From: Minisyncoccota bacterium
GTDB taxonomy: Bacteria > Patescibacteriota > Minisyncoccia > Phycocordibacterales > UBA9973
Assembly: GCA_017991395.1 (NCBI GenBank)
Contig: JAGOQQ010000001.1
Coordinates: forward strand, 97,864 to 161,863
Length of the DNA stretch: 64,000 nt
Direction: 5' to 3'
Position 1 is the stretch's first letter. Each line of letters begins with the position of its first letter. The notes under the pieces are model-generated. The model made no database searches, had not been told where the DNA came from, and saw only the letters and a program-made list of their open reading frames with translations. The position numbers were made by a program, and so were the translations under genes. This document shows positions 11,549 to 22,058 of the stretch, piece by piece.

Positions 11549-11633
11549 GTTTCTATTTAGTTTTTGAGTTTCAATTTCTTAAGTTAAGTATATCACATAT
11601 AAATACAAAAGTCAATAGTTTAAGAGCTAAAAG

Positions 11634-11690
11634 TACCCCTTTTTGCACAAAAAACCCTTATTTTAAGGGTTTTTTGTGCAAAAAGGGGTA
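11634..11690 (-). terminator. unusually long perfect hairpin (about 24-28 bp stem) downstream of recJ; bidirectional terminator candidate
   Basis: tacccctttttgcacaaaaaaccc-ttatttt-aagggttttttgtgcaaaaaggggta. Confidence 0.6.
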
Positions 11691-11705
11691 TTCTATCCTA
11701 TGGGT

Positions 11706-13451
11706 TTATCCACAGCACTCTATATCTAGTATTCGAAGCCGTATCTCGTTTTTCCCTGCAAAGAAGGATTCTTCTATAGTACAGACCAAATCTATGTACA
11801 TCCCAAGCACGAGTGGGCGCGTGAAGCTGTGAATTCCGGCAAAAAATTTGATTGCTTTGATTTTGTTGTCTCTTTCATCACAAATGGTGATTTCAAGATG
11901 GTTGTTCTCTTTTCCAAAATGCCTTGCCCCGCAGAGTTTTACATTTTTAAGCAAAAAAACAGGTCGCGGATTGCCTACACCAAACGGTGCAAGTGGTTTG
12001 ATTTGTGCGAGAGTTCGACTGTTTATATTTTTGACTTCAAGGATAGAGTCTATTTGAATACCATTATGTGTACTTTTTTCTCTTACCGGCAGAGCGAGCG
12101 CTGTCTCACAGAGTGCTTTCTCGAGAATCACCACCTTTTCATGACTCACCGAAAATCCTCCCGCATGTTCATGTCCGCCAAATCCCAAAAATGTGCTTTC
12201 GGTCAATCGCATCACTTCAACAACATTCACTGTTCCATCCCCACGACACGATCCCTTGAATCCCTCATCTGTTTCCCCGCCCCACACAAATGCAGGACGA
12301 TTGTATGTTTCAACAATTTTTGAGGCAATAAGACCAAGCACTCCAGCATTCCATGATGGATTTCCCACCACAATCAGTGGTGTATCTTCCCTATCCTTAA
12401 ATCTTTTGTTTATTTCACGCATTATAACCGCGACCGAAGTCTTTCGATCATCATTGATTCGAGAAAGATGATCGGCGAGAGTTTTGGCGTGTTCGTGATC
12501 TGTTGTAGAAAGAAGTTCGAATGCGCGCATTGGAATATCCATTCGTGACGCAGCGTTGATTCTCGGCGCAATCATAAATCCAATATCTTCTTCGTTCAGT
12601 CGACGTGGCTCGATATTCATTTTTTTTAAAAGCGACACCAGGCCTGGACGTTTTGTCTTTTGAAGCACCATCAATCCATAATAGGCAAAAATTCTATTCT
12701 CATTTCGAAGTGGCACCATATCTGAAAGTGTGCCAAGCCCCGCCATATCGAGAAGCCACTTTTCCCAACCGTGATGAACATTGAAATATTCTCCATACTT
12801 TTTCAAAAATGCCTGCACAAGCTTGAATGCCACACCTGCACCACAGAGCATCGCATCAGGATACAGATATTCTGTGTTTTCATGTTCTAGTGTTTTTGTG
12901 TTTTTACGCACTTTTGGATTTACGAGAGCAAAAGCTCGTGGTAACTCTGGAGGAAGTTCGTGGTGATCAGTGATTATCACATCAATTCCACCTACTTGTG
13001 CGCGTGCCACTTCTTCAACATCGGTCGAGCCAAGATCAACAGTGATCAAGAGTTTTACATCTCGCTTGATAAATTCATCTACTGCGTCGTGATTGAGTCC
13101 ATATCCTTCATCATGTCGATGTGGTATATAATTTTCAAAATTCTCGTATCCAATTTTTTTAAATAAATCATGAAGAATTGTTCCGCCAGGGATTCCATCG
13201 CAATCATAATCACTATAAATAACAATTTTCTCTTTTGCTTCAATTGCTTCAAAAATTCGCACAACCGCGCGCTCCATATCATGCATCAGAAATGGGTCAT
13301 ACATATCTTCAAATCGAGGTTCAACAAACGCACGAGCTTCTTCTTCAGTCAGCAATCCACGATTTGCGAGCAATCGAGCGGTGAGTTCAGGAAATAGTGA
13401 AAGAGATTTCGGTATTTCTTTGTCGGCAAATGGAGAAAATGAATAAGACAT
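11706..13451 (-). CDS. recJ: single-stranded-DNA-specific exonuclease RecJ (DHH/DHHA1 family)
   Basis: DHH motifs IYSDYDCDGIPGG, ITVDLGS, ITDHHE; length 581 aa after trimming start to MSYSFSPFADKEI. Confidence 0.9.
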   Translation of the reverse strand: MSYSFSPFADKEIPKSLSLFPELTARLLANRGLLTEEEARAFVEPRFEDMYDPFLMHDMERAVVRIFEAIEAKEKIVIYSDYDCDGIPGGTILHDLFKKIGYENFENYIPHRHDEGYGLNHDAVDEFIKRDVKLLITVDLGSTDVEEVARAQVGGIDVIITDHHELPPELPRAFALVNPKVRKNTKTLEHENTEYLYPDAMLCGAGVAFKLVQAFLKKYGEYFNVHHGWEKWLLDMAGLGTLSDMVPLRNENRIFAYYGLMVLQKTKRPGLVSLLKKMNIEPRRLNEEDIGFMIAPRINAASRMDIPMRAFELLSTTDHEHAKTLADHLSRINDDRKTSVAVIMREINKRFKDREDTPLIVVGNPSWNAGVLGLIASKIVETYNRPAFVWGGETDEGFKGSCRGDGTVNVVEVMRLTESTFLGFGGHEHAGGFSVSHEKVVILEKALCETALALPVREKSTHNGIQIDSILEVKNINSRTLAQIKPLAPFGVGNPRPVFLLKNVKLCGARHFGKENNHLEITICDERDNKIKAIKFFAGIHSFTRPLVLGMYIDLVCTIEESFFAGKNEIRLRILDIECCG

Positions 13452-13496
13452 AGGGAGATTGTAACACAGGGAGACATGCGGTGGAGCGTAGTACAT

Positions 13497-13562
13497 AGAA
13501 CGTAGAGCGTTTAATCACTAAAGCCTAAAGTCTAGCGACTAAAGACTGTATTCTTTCTTCTT
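13497..13562. repeat. partial copy of dispersed intergenic repeat family
   Basis: ctaaagtctagcgactaaagactgtat also at 48158-48192; gaacgtagagcgtttaa resembles 50785-50805. Confidence 0.6.
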
Positions 13563-13581
13563 TTAGCTTTATACTCAATGT

Positions 13582-13974
13582 ATGGACACAATATTTTCAA
13601 AAATTATTCGCGGAGAAATTCCTGCCACAAAAGTGCACGAGGATGATGAGTCACTTGCGTTTCTTGATATACACCCAGTTACAAAAGGTCACACACTTCT
13701 CATTCCAAAAGAGCCTCATGTATGGATGCAAGATGTTCCAGATGAATTGCTGGCAAGCTTGTTTATCAAAACAAAAAAACTCATGACCGCAATCAAGTCA
13801 GGACTCGAATGTGATTATGTTCAGATAAGTGTTGTCGGTAAAGATGTGCCACATTTTCATATTCATCTCATCCCAAGATATTTTGATGATGGACTCCCAA
13901 GTTTCCCCACACTTTCATACGACGAAAATGAAATGGATACAATTGCAACACAAATAAAAAAAGCCCTCGCATAG
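13582..13974 (+). CDS. HIT-family (histidine triad) nucleotide hydrolase
   Basis: HIT motif DVPHFHIHLIPR; 130 aa. Confidence 0.9.
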   Translation: MDTIFSKIIRGEIPATKVHEDDESLAFLDIHPVTKGHTLLIPKEPHVWMQDVPDELLASLFIKTKKLMTAIKSGLECDYVQISVVGKDVPHFHIHLIPRYFDDGLPSFPTLSYDENEMDTIATQIKKALA

Positions 13975-13991
13975 CGAGGACTTTTGGATTT

Positions 13992-14255
13992 TTAACCTAC
14001 CTTGAAAACATCAGTCTCCTGAAACACCGCACTTCGTACAGGTGATGATTTGACGTGACCTCCATTAGTAAGCATTAGAAGGGTTGCATGAAGATTTGGC
14101 GTGGTACTTTTGCCATGAGCTACTGCTTCGTCAAGCAATGTCGAAACATATCTGCTTTGCAAAGCTTTAAACGTGATTCCATCTGGACCACTTTCTTGAA
14201 TAGCCTTGTAGACTTCACCTTTGAAGCCTTCAAATTTGGGTTGATTTTTATTCAT
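13992..14255 (-). CDS. hypothetical small protein (87 aa)
   Basis: ORF only; no recognisable motif. Confidence 0.35.
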   Translation of the reverse strand: MNKNQPKFEGFKGEVYKAIQESGPDGITFKALQSRYVSTLLDEAVAHGKSTTPNLHATLLMLTNGGHVKSSPVRSAVFQETDVFKVG

Positions 14256-14499
14256 TTCTTTTGAATGTACGGGTTTGGACTCTTATAATACCAAACATTC
14301 TAATCAAAAGAAAAGCCCAGATACGCATTCTGCGTATCTGGGTGATTCCGGTCAAAACAATACTCTTGAGAACATTCCTGCCAAGCTAATGACAAGGATT
14401 AGAATGACAACTGTAGTTAGTCCTGTTCTTACGGGGACAATTACATCTTTTTCTGACATATGGTTATGGTTTTTCTTGATTTCATACTAGCATAAAATA

Positions 14500-14822
14500 A
14501 AGAGATTGTCAATACTTATGAACGCGGAACCGCGCGGACTTCACGCGGAAAGAATGCAAGAGATCCTGAAACAAGTTCAGGATGACACAATGCAAAATCA
14601 AATCTTTTACCCCTCCGCCCTGCGGGCACCTTTTCTTACAGAAACTGTACACCTTTTGGACTTTTTGTTTCGTTACCTCACAAAAATTCTCAAAAGGTCT
14701 TGCGCTTGGGTCCCTCTCCCAAGCTCACCTCGCGGGGAGGCAGGAGTTCAGCATTTTACGATCTACGCTCCACGTTCTACGTTTTTTGAATTCCCTACTT
14801 TTTACTATCTACTACCTACTAT
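14500..14822. repeat. copy of composite dispersed repeat (contains cccctccgccctgcgggcacc and ggaggcaggagttcagcattttacg..tctacgctccacgttct.cg modules)
   Basis: Modules shared with 22205-22345, 28560-28860 and (inverted) 50761-51104. Overlapping plus-strand ORFs 14506..14919 and 14582..14860 are judged spurious. Confidence 0.7.
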
Positions 14823-14823
14823 C

Positions 14824-15942
14824 CTATTTCAACGCTTTAATTCCAGGCAATGTTCCTTGAGAGAGAAAATCAAGCGTCGCACCGCCACCAGTCGACACAA
14901 ATGTAAATTTTTTCTCTAGTTTTAGTTTTGACACAAGTGCAACAGTGTCCCCTCCTCCGAGAATTGTTTTTGCTTTTAGAGATGCAAGGAGTTTGAGAAG
15001 CTGTATTGTTCCCTTGTCATATCCCTTTTCATAATTTCCAAGTGGTCCGTTCCATACGATGAGTTTTGCTTTTGAAAATATAGGCTTGAATGACGCAATC
15101 GTTTCTGGTCCAATATCGACAATCTTTTCATCATCACCCACCTCAAGTGGCATAACTGTACGAGAAACACCTTTTGCGTTTTCGGTTACCACATCAAGAA
15201 CAGGAAGAATTTTTGGTGAGTTCAAAATTGAACGTGGTGTTTCTGTATCGTCGACAAGTGATTCACCAATTGGAAGCTTTTTATCCCGAAGAATATTGTT
15301 CAAAATTGCACCTCCGACAAATACCTCATCAGCACTTTTCAAATAACGTGTGATAAGTGGAAGTTTGGTTGAAATTTTTGCGCCGCCAAGTACAAACACA
15401 AATGGATGTGGTGGAACAAGCGCGAGGGAAAGATTTTTTATTTCTTCTGTCATCTGAAGTCCGGCATACGAAGGAAGATATTTGGGAACACTCACGATTG
15501 ATGCGTGTTCACGATGTGATACAGAAAATGCATCATTGACGTACACATCTGCAAACGACGCGAGGAGTTTTGCAAAATTCTGATCATTTTCTTTTTCACC
15601 AGCATTGTGGCGGAGATTCTCAAGCAACAAAAATTGTCCCTTTTTCAAAGATCCAAGTGCTTTTTCAATTGCATCTTTGTTGTATGAATCAAGGAAAACG
15701 CATGGGACTTTCTTCTTTTTCAAATGAAAAAATACAGGCAACAACGTATCATTCTTTCCTTCGCCAATATGACTTACAACAATCACCTTTGCTCCCTTCT
15801 TTAGGAGAAATGAAATACTATTGAGTGCTTTTTCAATTCTAAACGAATCTCTGACTTTGCCATCCTCTATTGGAACATTTAAGTCCGATCGGACTAAGAT
15901 TGTTTTATTTTTGACTGACCCTATCTGTCGCAATGTTTTCAT
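14824..15942 (-). CDS. pgk: phosphoglycerate kinase
   Basis: VRSDLNVP, GGAKISTK, WNGPLGNYE, GGGDT and STGGGA motifs. Confidence 0.95.
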   Translation of the reverse strand: MKTLRQIGSVKNKTILVRSDLNVPIEDGKVRDSFRIEKALNSISFLLKKGAKVIVVSHIGEGKNDTLLPVFFHLKKKKVPCVFLDSYNKDAIEKALGSLKKGQFLLLENLRHNAGEKENDQNFAKLLASFADVYVNDAFSVSHREHASIVSVPKYLPSYAGLQMTEEIKNLSLALVPPHPFVFVLGGAKISTKLPLITRYLKSADEVFVGGAILNNILRDKKLPIGESLVDDTETPRSILNSPKILPVLDVVTENAKGVSRTVMPLEVGDDEKIVDIGPETIASFKPIFSKAKLIVWNGPLGNYEKGYDKGTIQLLKLLASLKAKTILGGGDTVALVSKLKLEKKFTFVSTGGGATLDFLSQGTLPGIKALK

Positions 15943-15945
15943 AAA

Positions 15946-16734
15946 TTATTTGTTACTTTTCGTTGAGGTATTAATTGAATTTGAAATCTGGGATGCTTTG
16001 GCTACAATTTTTGAAAATCGAATTGGATTCAAACTATCACGTCCGACGAGCAATCCTTGAACTCCACCTTCTCGCAAAAATGCCTCGCAGTTTTCCACGG
16101 TGACTGACCCTCCATAAAGCACTGGTACATCTGAACCCTTACTACCATACATATCAGTCAACACTTTTTTAATAAACACAGACATCTCGCGTGACTCTTC
16201 AGGCGTTGCTTGGCGAACTGCGTTTTTGCCGATTGCCCATACAGGCTCATATGCAATTGTAAGTGAAGTGAGCTTTGATTTTGGAAACAGTGCGAGTGAT
16301 TCTTCTAAATCGCGCTTTACTGCAATGTGATAATCAGCACTACTGTCTCGAGATTTCTCTCCTACGCACAAAATTATCGAAAGTCCTGCCTTGAGTGCAT
16401 TCTCAATCTTGCGTGCGACGACTTCGTTCGTATCGCCTTCATTTCTTTTTTCAGAGTGTCCAACAAGAGTAAGCGTTGCACCGAGTGAGAAAATCATTTG
16501 TGCTGATACTCCACCTGTGTATGCACCTTCTTTCTCAAAGTGCACATCCTGTGCTCCATACTTTATCTTTTTGTTTTTTTGAAATGCTGATAGATAGATA
16601 CTTGGAGGGCATAGTGCGTGCTCGACGTTTTTGATCAATTTTATTCGTGAAGTATATTCTTTGATACACTTTTCAACCTCTTTTATCGACTTAGGGTTCA
16701 TCTTCCAATTTCCGATTATTTTTAGTGTTTTCAT
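15946..16734 (-). CDS. tpiA: triosephosphate isomerase
   Basis: GNWKMN and IAYEPVWAIG motifs; 262 aa; 3-bp gap to pgk. Confidence 0.95.
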   Translation of the reverse strand: MKTLKIIGNWKMNPKSIKEVEKCIKEYTSRIKLIKNVEHALCPPSIYLSAFQKNKKIKYGAQDVHFEKEGAYTGGVSAQMIFSLGATLTLVGHSEKRNEGDTNEVVARKIENALKAGLSIILCVGEKSRDSSADYHIAVKRDLEESLALFPKSKLTSLTIAYEPVWAIGKNAVRQATPEESREMSVFIKKVLTDMYGSKGSDVPVLYGGSVTVENCEAFLREGGVQGLLVGRDSLNPIRFSKIVAKASQISNSINTSTKSNK

Positions 16735-16833
16735 ACAAAAAGTATATCATAGCGTTATTTCCAATACATAAAATACCCCCGTCACTCATGAGTGACGGGG
16801 TTATTTTATGTATTGGAAACCAGTACAACAACC

Positions 16834-18297
16834 CTATTCCACCTCCTCCCACGAAATCGTACTGTATGAGTCTGATGTAAGCGGAAATGATGGTGGTGGA
16901 GCATACAGAAGGTTTGCATCATACGTGAGCACTCGATCAATGTATCCACTTACATGCTGCCCCCCAGAGTTTGCATATGCAAATCCGTAACGTTGATTTG
17001 TCGCAATCATTCCATAAAGTCGCAAAATTGATCTATCGTAATACGTAGAACATGATGATGAGTAGTAATACCGCCCCACTCTACCATTTTGCGCAATTAG
17101 TGCTGCGTCGATCTGCAAATCATCCTCTGAAACAAATCCGACATTGATATTTTTTTGAGCAATGAGTGCAATCACGTCTTGACCATCATAGTTAGTATAT
17201 TTCAAATCATTGTTGATTGTGATGCTTTTACGCAACCCTGCGTTGTCTGGAAATCGCCCTGCGGCAATTGTGAGTCTGGCAGTATTTATAGTACCTTCAA
17301 CCCAAAGATTGTCTTCCACGAAAATTAAACCATTTGAAGGAAATGCATAATTCCCAATTAGTACCTGCCCATTGTTCGAGCGAATACTCCATGTTCCCCA
17401 TCCATCCTCACCACTTGAATTTTGACTACATCCATTTGATACAGTCGAAAGATTGGTCACTCGATACAAATCAAAAGTATCATTTGTCTTTAAAAGTATC
17501 CGGTATCCAAGTGCACCTGAACTCGCAAAGTATCTACCACTTGATTGAGCACTTGTCTTAATCTGAGAAAGGTTTGCAGTAATTCCGGTAAAATCAGCAG
17601 GACTCACAGGAAATTGTCTTCCCGCCATAAATACATCACTTCGAGTTGCAGGTGTCAGCGGTGGTCTCTCTGCGGCAACATACTGAGTATACAAACCAGT
17701 CTGTGGAGGTGGCTTTACGTGTGTGTGCACACCAAATTCAAGTTTTTCTGCTCCAGAATCATTATGGTCAGGATCGTCATAGCTTGCAACAGTGCTCGTC
17801 ACCACGTTGTGCGCAAGTCCATCAAAACGCACACCGCCGTTTGAGTGAATCGGTCCAAATGTTTCTGTGCCTTCTCCAAATCGCATTGTGTCATTTGCCA
17901 CCACGGCCCATTTTGCAAAAGACGGTATCGCGAGCTTTGCTTGAATTGTTCGAGAAATAGTTGGAGCTTCTGTAACGACACCCTTTGATGCAATAGTCAC
18001 TACGGTCGAACCCGTTGGCGGAGGAGTGATGGTGAGAATAAATTGCCCAATCACATTTCCATTTTTGTCTTCAAAATCATGAGTGTATGGTCCTGGCTGT
18101 CCTGTGCCATCTTGAAAATCATTTTTGTTGTGAGCGAGATGCCAACGATAATAATCAATCCCCGCTTCAGCAATTTGAAATGCTTGTTCTTTGTAGTACG
18201 AATTTCGCACGAGCTTCATTGTTGTCTGTGTCCAGCCCACAAATCCAGCTACAAGTGTAATGGCAATAGATGAAAACACAACCACACCAAGCAACAT
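16834..18297 (-). CDS. PilX-like minor pilin / pseudopilin with N-terminal membrane anchor
   Basis: PilX_N-like segment KEQAFQIAEAGIDYYRWHL after a hydrophobic anchor. Start chosen at MLLGVVVF because of a strong SD (aagaggaa) 5 nt upstream; ORF could extend to 18342 (leader MHLHRSHSHTKKRG). Confidence 0.6.
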   Translation of the reverse strand: MLLGVVVFSSIAITLVAGFVGWTQTTMKLVRNSYYKEQAFQIAEAGIDYYRWHLAHNKNDFQDGTGQPGPYTHDFEDKNGNVIGQFILTITPPPTGSTVVTIASKGVVTEAPTISRTIQAKLAIPSFAKWAVVANDTMRFGEGTETFGPIHSNGGVRFDGLAHNVVTSTVASYDDPDHNDSGAEKLEFGVHTHVKPPPQTGLYTQYVAAERPPLTPATRSDVFMAGRQFPVSPADFTGITANLSQIKTSAQSSGRYFASSGALGYRILLKTNDTFDLYRVTNLSTVSNGCSQNSSGEDGWGTWSIRSNNGQVLIGNYAFPSNGLIFVEDNLWVEGTINTARLTIAAGRFPDNAGLRKSITINNDLKYTNYDGQDVIALIAQKNINVGFVSEDDLQIDAALIAQNGRVGRYYYSSSCSTYYDRSILRLYGMIATNQRYGFAYANSGGQHVSGYIDRVLTYDANLLYAPPPSFPLTSDSYSTISWEEVE

Positions 18298-18408
18298 AGT
18301 TCCTCTTTTTTTTGTGTGTGAATGTGATCTGTGTAAATGCATATATAGATATTGTAAATCAAACTAACCAAAAACAATAACAAAAAATGTGTATCAAAAA
18401 ATATACGA

Positions 18409-19026
18409 TTACAAATTGTCTTTTAGATTTCGAAGTGATACTTGAGTCACAATAGAAAGTGGTGATGGAAGCGCGTTCACGTCTTCATCAATAATCACTT
18501 CCACTCGCACCAGTCTCACAGAAGTCACCGTCACAGGAGAAGTGAGTGCACTCGTGCTCCCGTTATAGTTGGTATCAAAGTATGTAAAAATTGGCGTCGC
18601 ACCATTTCTCACATTTTGTATCAATGAGAGAGTTGTTTCGTTTTGAGAATTGTAGGTGTATGGATTGCCCGTCGGAACAATAGTTCCCTTTTTCAAAATT
18701 GTCCCGTCAAGATAGTATCGAATTCGCTCTTTGACACCATTGTCATCTGTATCAGTAAAAAATATAAACTCGTTTTCACCTGCGCTTTCAATTGCATACG
18801 CACCAAGTGATGATGGTGACGCTCCGCGAATTTCGTTGATCATTGGACGAAGAACTTTTCGTGCATCTCCTGCTACATCGAGAGATTTTGTAAAATATCG
18901 ATTGAAAGAAAACACATCTCCTCCAAATTTTCCAACTACCACCACAAGCATTCCCAAGACAGCCACCGTGACCACTGTCTCGGCGAGACTAAATCCTGCT
19001 TTTTTGTTGTAAAATAATCTGTTCAT
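18409..19026 (-). CDS. type IV pilin-like protein (prepilin-type N-terminal cleavage/methylation motif)
   Basis: MNRLFYNKKAG|FSLAETVVTVAVLGMLVVVV: basic leader, Gly-1, Phe+1, Glu+5, hydrophobic helix. Confidence 0.8.
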   Translation of the reverse strand: MNRLFYNKKAGFSLAETVVTVAVLGMLVVVVGKFGGDVFSFNRYFTKSLDVAGDARKVLRPMINEIRGASPSSLGAYAIESAGENEFIFFTDTDDNGVKERIRYYLDGTILKKGTIVPTGNPYTYNSQNETTLSLIQNVRNGATPIFTYFDTNYNGSTSALTSPVTVTSVRLVRVEVIIDEDVNALPSPLSIVTQVSLRNLKDNL

Positions 19027-19027
19027 T

Positions 19028-20848
19028 TTATGGTGTAAGCACTACATCAGCTTGTTGCCAGTCATCATCAATAGTGATAAGTGTACTTGAATCATTGTAC
19101 CCTGTTTTTGAAACAGTAAGGGCGTAGGTGCTTTGTGCCAAGTTTTGAAATGAGACCTGTCCTGGTGGAGTACATGATGATGAATAGGTAAGACTTATGT
19201 CTGACACAAGCGGTGTGGCACTCGTGTCAGAAGTTGAAAGAAAGAGCTTGTAGCGAATGTAGCGATTGCCACTGTGGTGTGATCCAAGAGTTTTGTTTGA
19301 CAATGTATAGTAGGTATTTGCAGTTGCATCCGGTCCAGTAAATGTCCAAGTAGCATTGTCGTTGTTTGACGCAATCTGGAATTTCACACTATCACTTCCC
19401 ACAAGCGGTGATTGGTCTGTCGGCAACCAGAGAATTTCATTATAATTTGTTGAACTTGAACCAGAATCAAATGTCGATGACTCAAGTGTCCCACTTGATG
19501 CATACACACTGCCGGTCTGGTGAAGAGTGAGTGTGCCAGGAAGTACATCAAAATCCACACTTCCGTTGTCTAAGAAATACTGATCAGCAGACACAAATGT
19601 AGCTTGTCCTCCCCCACCTGACCAATCAGTCTGTGAGAAAAATCCTTGTCCAGTGTTTTTTGTATTTTCAAATGAACTTGATTGGTCATCGAGCTCAACT
19701 GTTGCTCCTGAAATTGGTAAGTCAGTTGCAGAATCTTTCACGGTCACCATGAGTGTACTGGGTGCCTTTGGGGCAACAATAAACTGTATTGCCTGGCTTG
19801 AGTTTGGCGCAAGGTCAAATTGCAAAAGCGGATTTGATCCAATCAAATCATATCCCACATCAATCGGCGAAATAGTGTACGTGTCCCACTCCAAATCTGG
19901 GAGTGACAAACTTCCACCTGCACCTGTTTCAAACACATCGTCAAACTTTACCACATCGGGATTCGTACCAATTTTTTTTGTTCCTGTAAGAGAAAAGTCA
20001 AAATCAGAAACTGGTGCACATACTGAAGTCACACTCTCAACCGTGAGAGTACTCAGCAAATCGATTGCCAAAGAAATTTGTGTAATAGTTTGCGATGCGA
20101 CGAACGCTTGTGGTGTGATTGGTGTCGAACCCAAAAGTTCAGCAGAGGTGTATGTACGTGATGATGAGTAGCCATTTTTTGTTACTGACACATCATAGAT
20201 TGACGAAGGTGGCACATCGATGATTTGCAAAAATCCATCGATATTTGTTTCGTCGGTCAAATTGACCGCTGGTGTCACACTACTGTTGACCACTGTCACC
20301 TCAGCTTCAGATACTGGCAATCCATTTGCATCAAACACTTGCACAAACAGTGCGCCGTTGTTCGAAGAAAGTTCAAGATTTTTTGGTGCGACAAGAGAAG
20401 AGAAGATAAATGGTTGGGTATATTTGCACTGTGTACATGCCACTTCGATTTCGACATGCTTGTTGTCTGCGGGAGCAGTGTCATTTGGATTTCCGCCGAG
20501 TGTACCATCGTACGGCTGATCAATATTTCGAATTGCAATATCAACTTCAAATGAAATTCCGTCTCGTACTATAGTTTGTGTTTGCGGAAGTGTTCCTGAT
20601 GGAATTCCACCACTTGTACCTACACTCGAATACGACATATTTCGAATTATTTCAAATTGCTCGTTTGCGATGTTTGTCGCAACAGTTTTCACCTTTATTG
20701 ATGCAAGAAGCACACTCACCTTTTGGTATACGCCATATAGTGCCATAGACACACCCACAAAAAAAGCTATTGCAACAAGTGTCTCAACAAGTGTTGTCCC
20801 TCGTGAAAAAAAAGTTTTCTTGTGTGATAAATAATTCATACTATCCAA
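19028..20848 (-). CDS. large pseudopilin / pilus-associated adhesin candidate (606 aa) with prepilin-type N-terminus
   Basis: KKTFFSRG|TTLVETLVAIAFFVGV (Glu+5). 1-bp gap to the downstream pilin gene; overlaps or abuts the pilC stop. Confidence 0.7.
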   Translation of the reverse strand: MDSMNYLSHKKTFFSRGTTLVETLVAIAFFVGVSMALYGVYQKVSVLLASIKVKTVATNIANEQFEIIRNMSYSSVGTSGGIPSGTLPQTQTIVRDGISFEVDIAIRNIDQPYDGTLGGNPNDTAPADNKHVEIEVACTQCKYTQPFIFSSLVAPKNLELSSNNGALFVQVFDANGLPVSEAEVTVVNSSVTPAVNLTDETNIDGFLQIIDVPPSSIYDVSVTKNGYSSSRTYTSAELLGSTPITPQAFVASQTITQISLAIDLLSTLTVESVTSVCAPVSDFDFSLTGTKKIGTNPDVVKFDDVFETGAGGSLSLPDLEWDTYTISPIDVGYDLIGSNPLLQFDLAPNSSQAIQFIVAPKAPSTLMVTVKDSATDLPISGATVELDDQSSSFENTKNTGQGFFSQTDWSGGGGQATFVSADQYFLDNGSVDFDVLPGTLTLHQTGSVYASSGTLESSTFDSGSSSTNYNEILWLPTDQSPLVGSDSVKFQIASNNDNATWTFTGPDATANTYYTLSNKTLGSHHSGNRYIRYKLFLSTSDTSATPLVSDISLTYSSSCTPPGQVSFQNLAQSTYALTVSKTGYNDSSTLITIDDDWQQADVVLTP

Positions 20849-22058
20849 TTGTATCCATTAGTGAGTACATCGGTGTAATCATCGATACTGCAAAAAATCC
20901 CACAGCTGCTCCAATCAAAATCATGAGCACTGGTTCAACAATAGTAGAAAGGTCTTTTGTCTTTGCTTCTACTTCCGCTTCATAAAAATTTGCAATATCC
21001 AAAAGCATATCGCCGAATTTTCCTGTCTCCTCTCCTACTTCCATCATTTCACCCACCATCACTGGGTACAAATCTACACGCTCTTTAAAAATTGAAGAAA
21101 GTGGCACACCTTTTTGAACTGAATCTACTGCTTTTTGAATAAGATTTTTATAGTGAGTATTTTGAACAACGTCTTTAGTAATCTGAAGCGCGCGAATCAC
21201 ATCCACACCTGAAGCAAGAAGTGACGAAAGTGTGCGTGCAGTTCGTGCCGAATTCATTTCGCGAATAATATTACCTACTACAGGAAGTCGGAGCACTAGC
21301 ATATCGAGAAGTGGTTGCATTCGCTCTGCCCTGATGACTGCGCGCATCAAAAACACAAATCCAATCAAACTCGCAAACACCAAAAGTGGCGAAGATGAAA
21401 GTGTATCACTAATCCAAATCACGAGCTTTGTTGATGCAGGAAGTTCAATATTGAGTTCTTTGAATGTACCAGTAAGTGTTGGTACCACATAAATCATCAT
21501 TAGTATTCCAATCAAAAACATCGCAGAAATAATGACAGTCGGATATGTCATTGCGCCTTTGACTTTTCGAGTAAGGTTGTAACTTTTTTCCAAGTTTGCA
21601 CCAATTTCTGCAAGTGATGACGCGAGTTTTCCTGATTCTTGCCCTGCCCGCACCATTGAGACAAAGAGAGTTGAAAATACCTTTGGGTATTTTGACATTC
21701 CATCAGAAAGAGTTCCTCCTTTGTCGATAGTTTTCATCAAATCATCAATAATATTTTGAAATTTTTTGTTCTTTGTCTGTTTGTGGAGTACTTGAAGTGC
21801 ACGAGAGAGCGGAAGACCCGCGGTGAGCATTCCACTTAAGTTTCGGGTAAAGATAATTTTCTCAGAAAGTTTTACTTTTCCAAAAATCGCATCAATAAAG
21901 GGGATGTTGATTTCGAGAGCTCCTCTTTTTTCGGAAATCATGAGCGGGACATTACCCTGATCACGAAATTGCTTGGTGAGTACAAACCTGTCTTGTGCTT
22001 CAATCACACCTTCCTCAATTTTTCCTTCTTTAGTTTGAATTTTATAATTAAATTTCAT
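20841..22058 (-). CDS. pilC: type IV pilus assembly platform protein PilC (GspF family)
   Basis: Two T2SS-F domains, polytopic membrane protein, 405 aa after trimming start to MKFNYKIQ. Confidence 0.85.
   Translation of the reverse strand: MKFNYKIQTKEGKIEEGVIEAQDRFVLTKQFRDQGNVPLMISEKRGALEINIPFIDAIFGKVKLSEKIIFTRNLSGMLTAGLPLSRALQVLHKQTKNKKFQNIIDDLMKTIDKGGTLSDGMSKYPKVFSTLFVSMVRAGQESGKLASSLAEIGANLEKSYNLTRKVKGAMTYPTVIISAMFLIGILMMIYVVPTLTGTFKELNIELPASTKLVIWISDTLSSSPLLVFASLIGFVFLMRAVIRAERMQPLLDMLVLRLPVVGNIIREMNSARTARTLSSLLASGVDVIRALQITKDVVQNTHYKNLIQKAVDSVQKGVPLSSIFKERVDLYPVMVGEMMEVGEETGKFGDMLLDIANFYEAEVEAKTKDLSTIVEPVLMILIGAAVGFFAVSMITPMYSLMDTIG

Noticed and set aside
14506-14919. 137-aa and 92-aa plus-strand ORFs across the 14.5-kb repeat copy
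   Set aside because: They lie entirely in a dispersed repeat whose other copies do not preserve the frame; they overlap the pgk 3' end.
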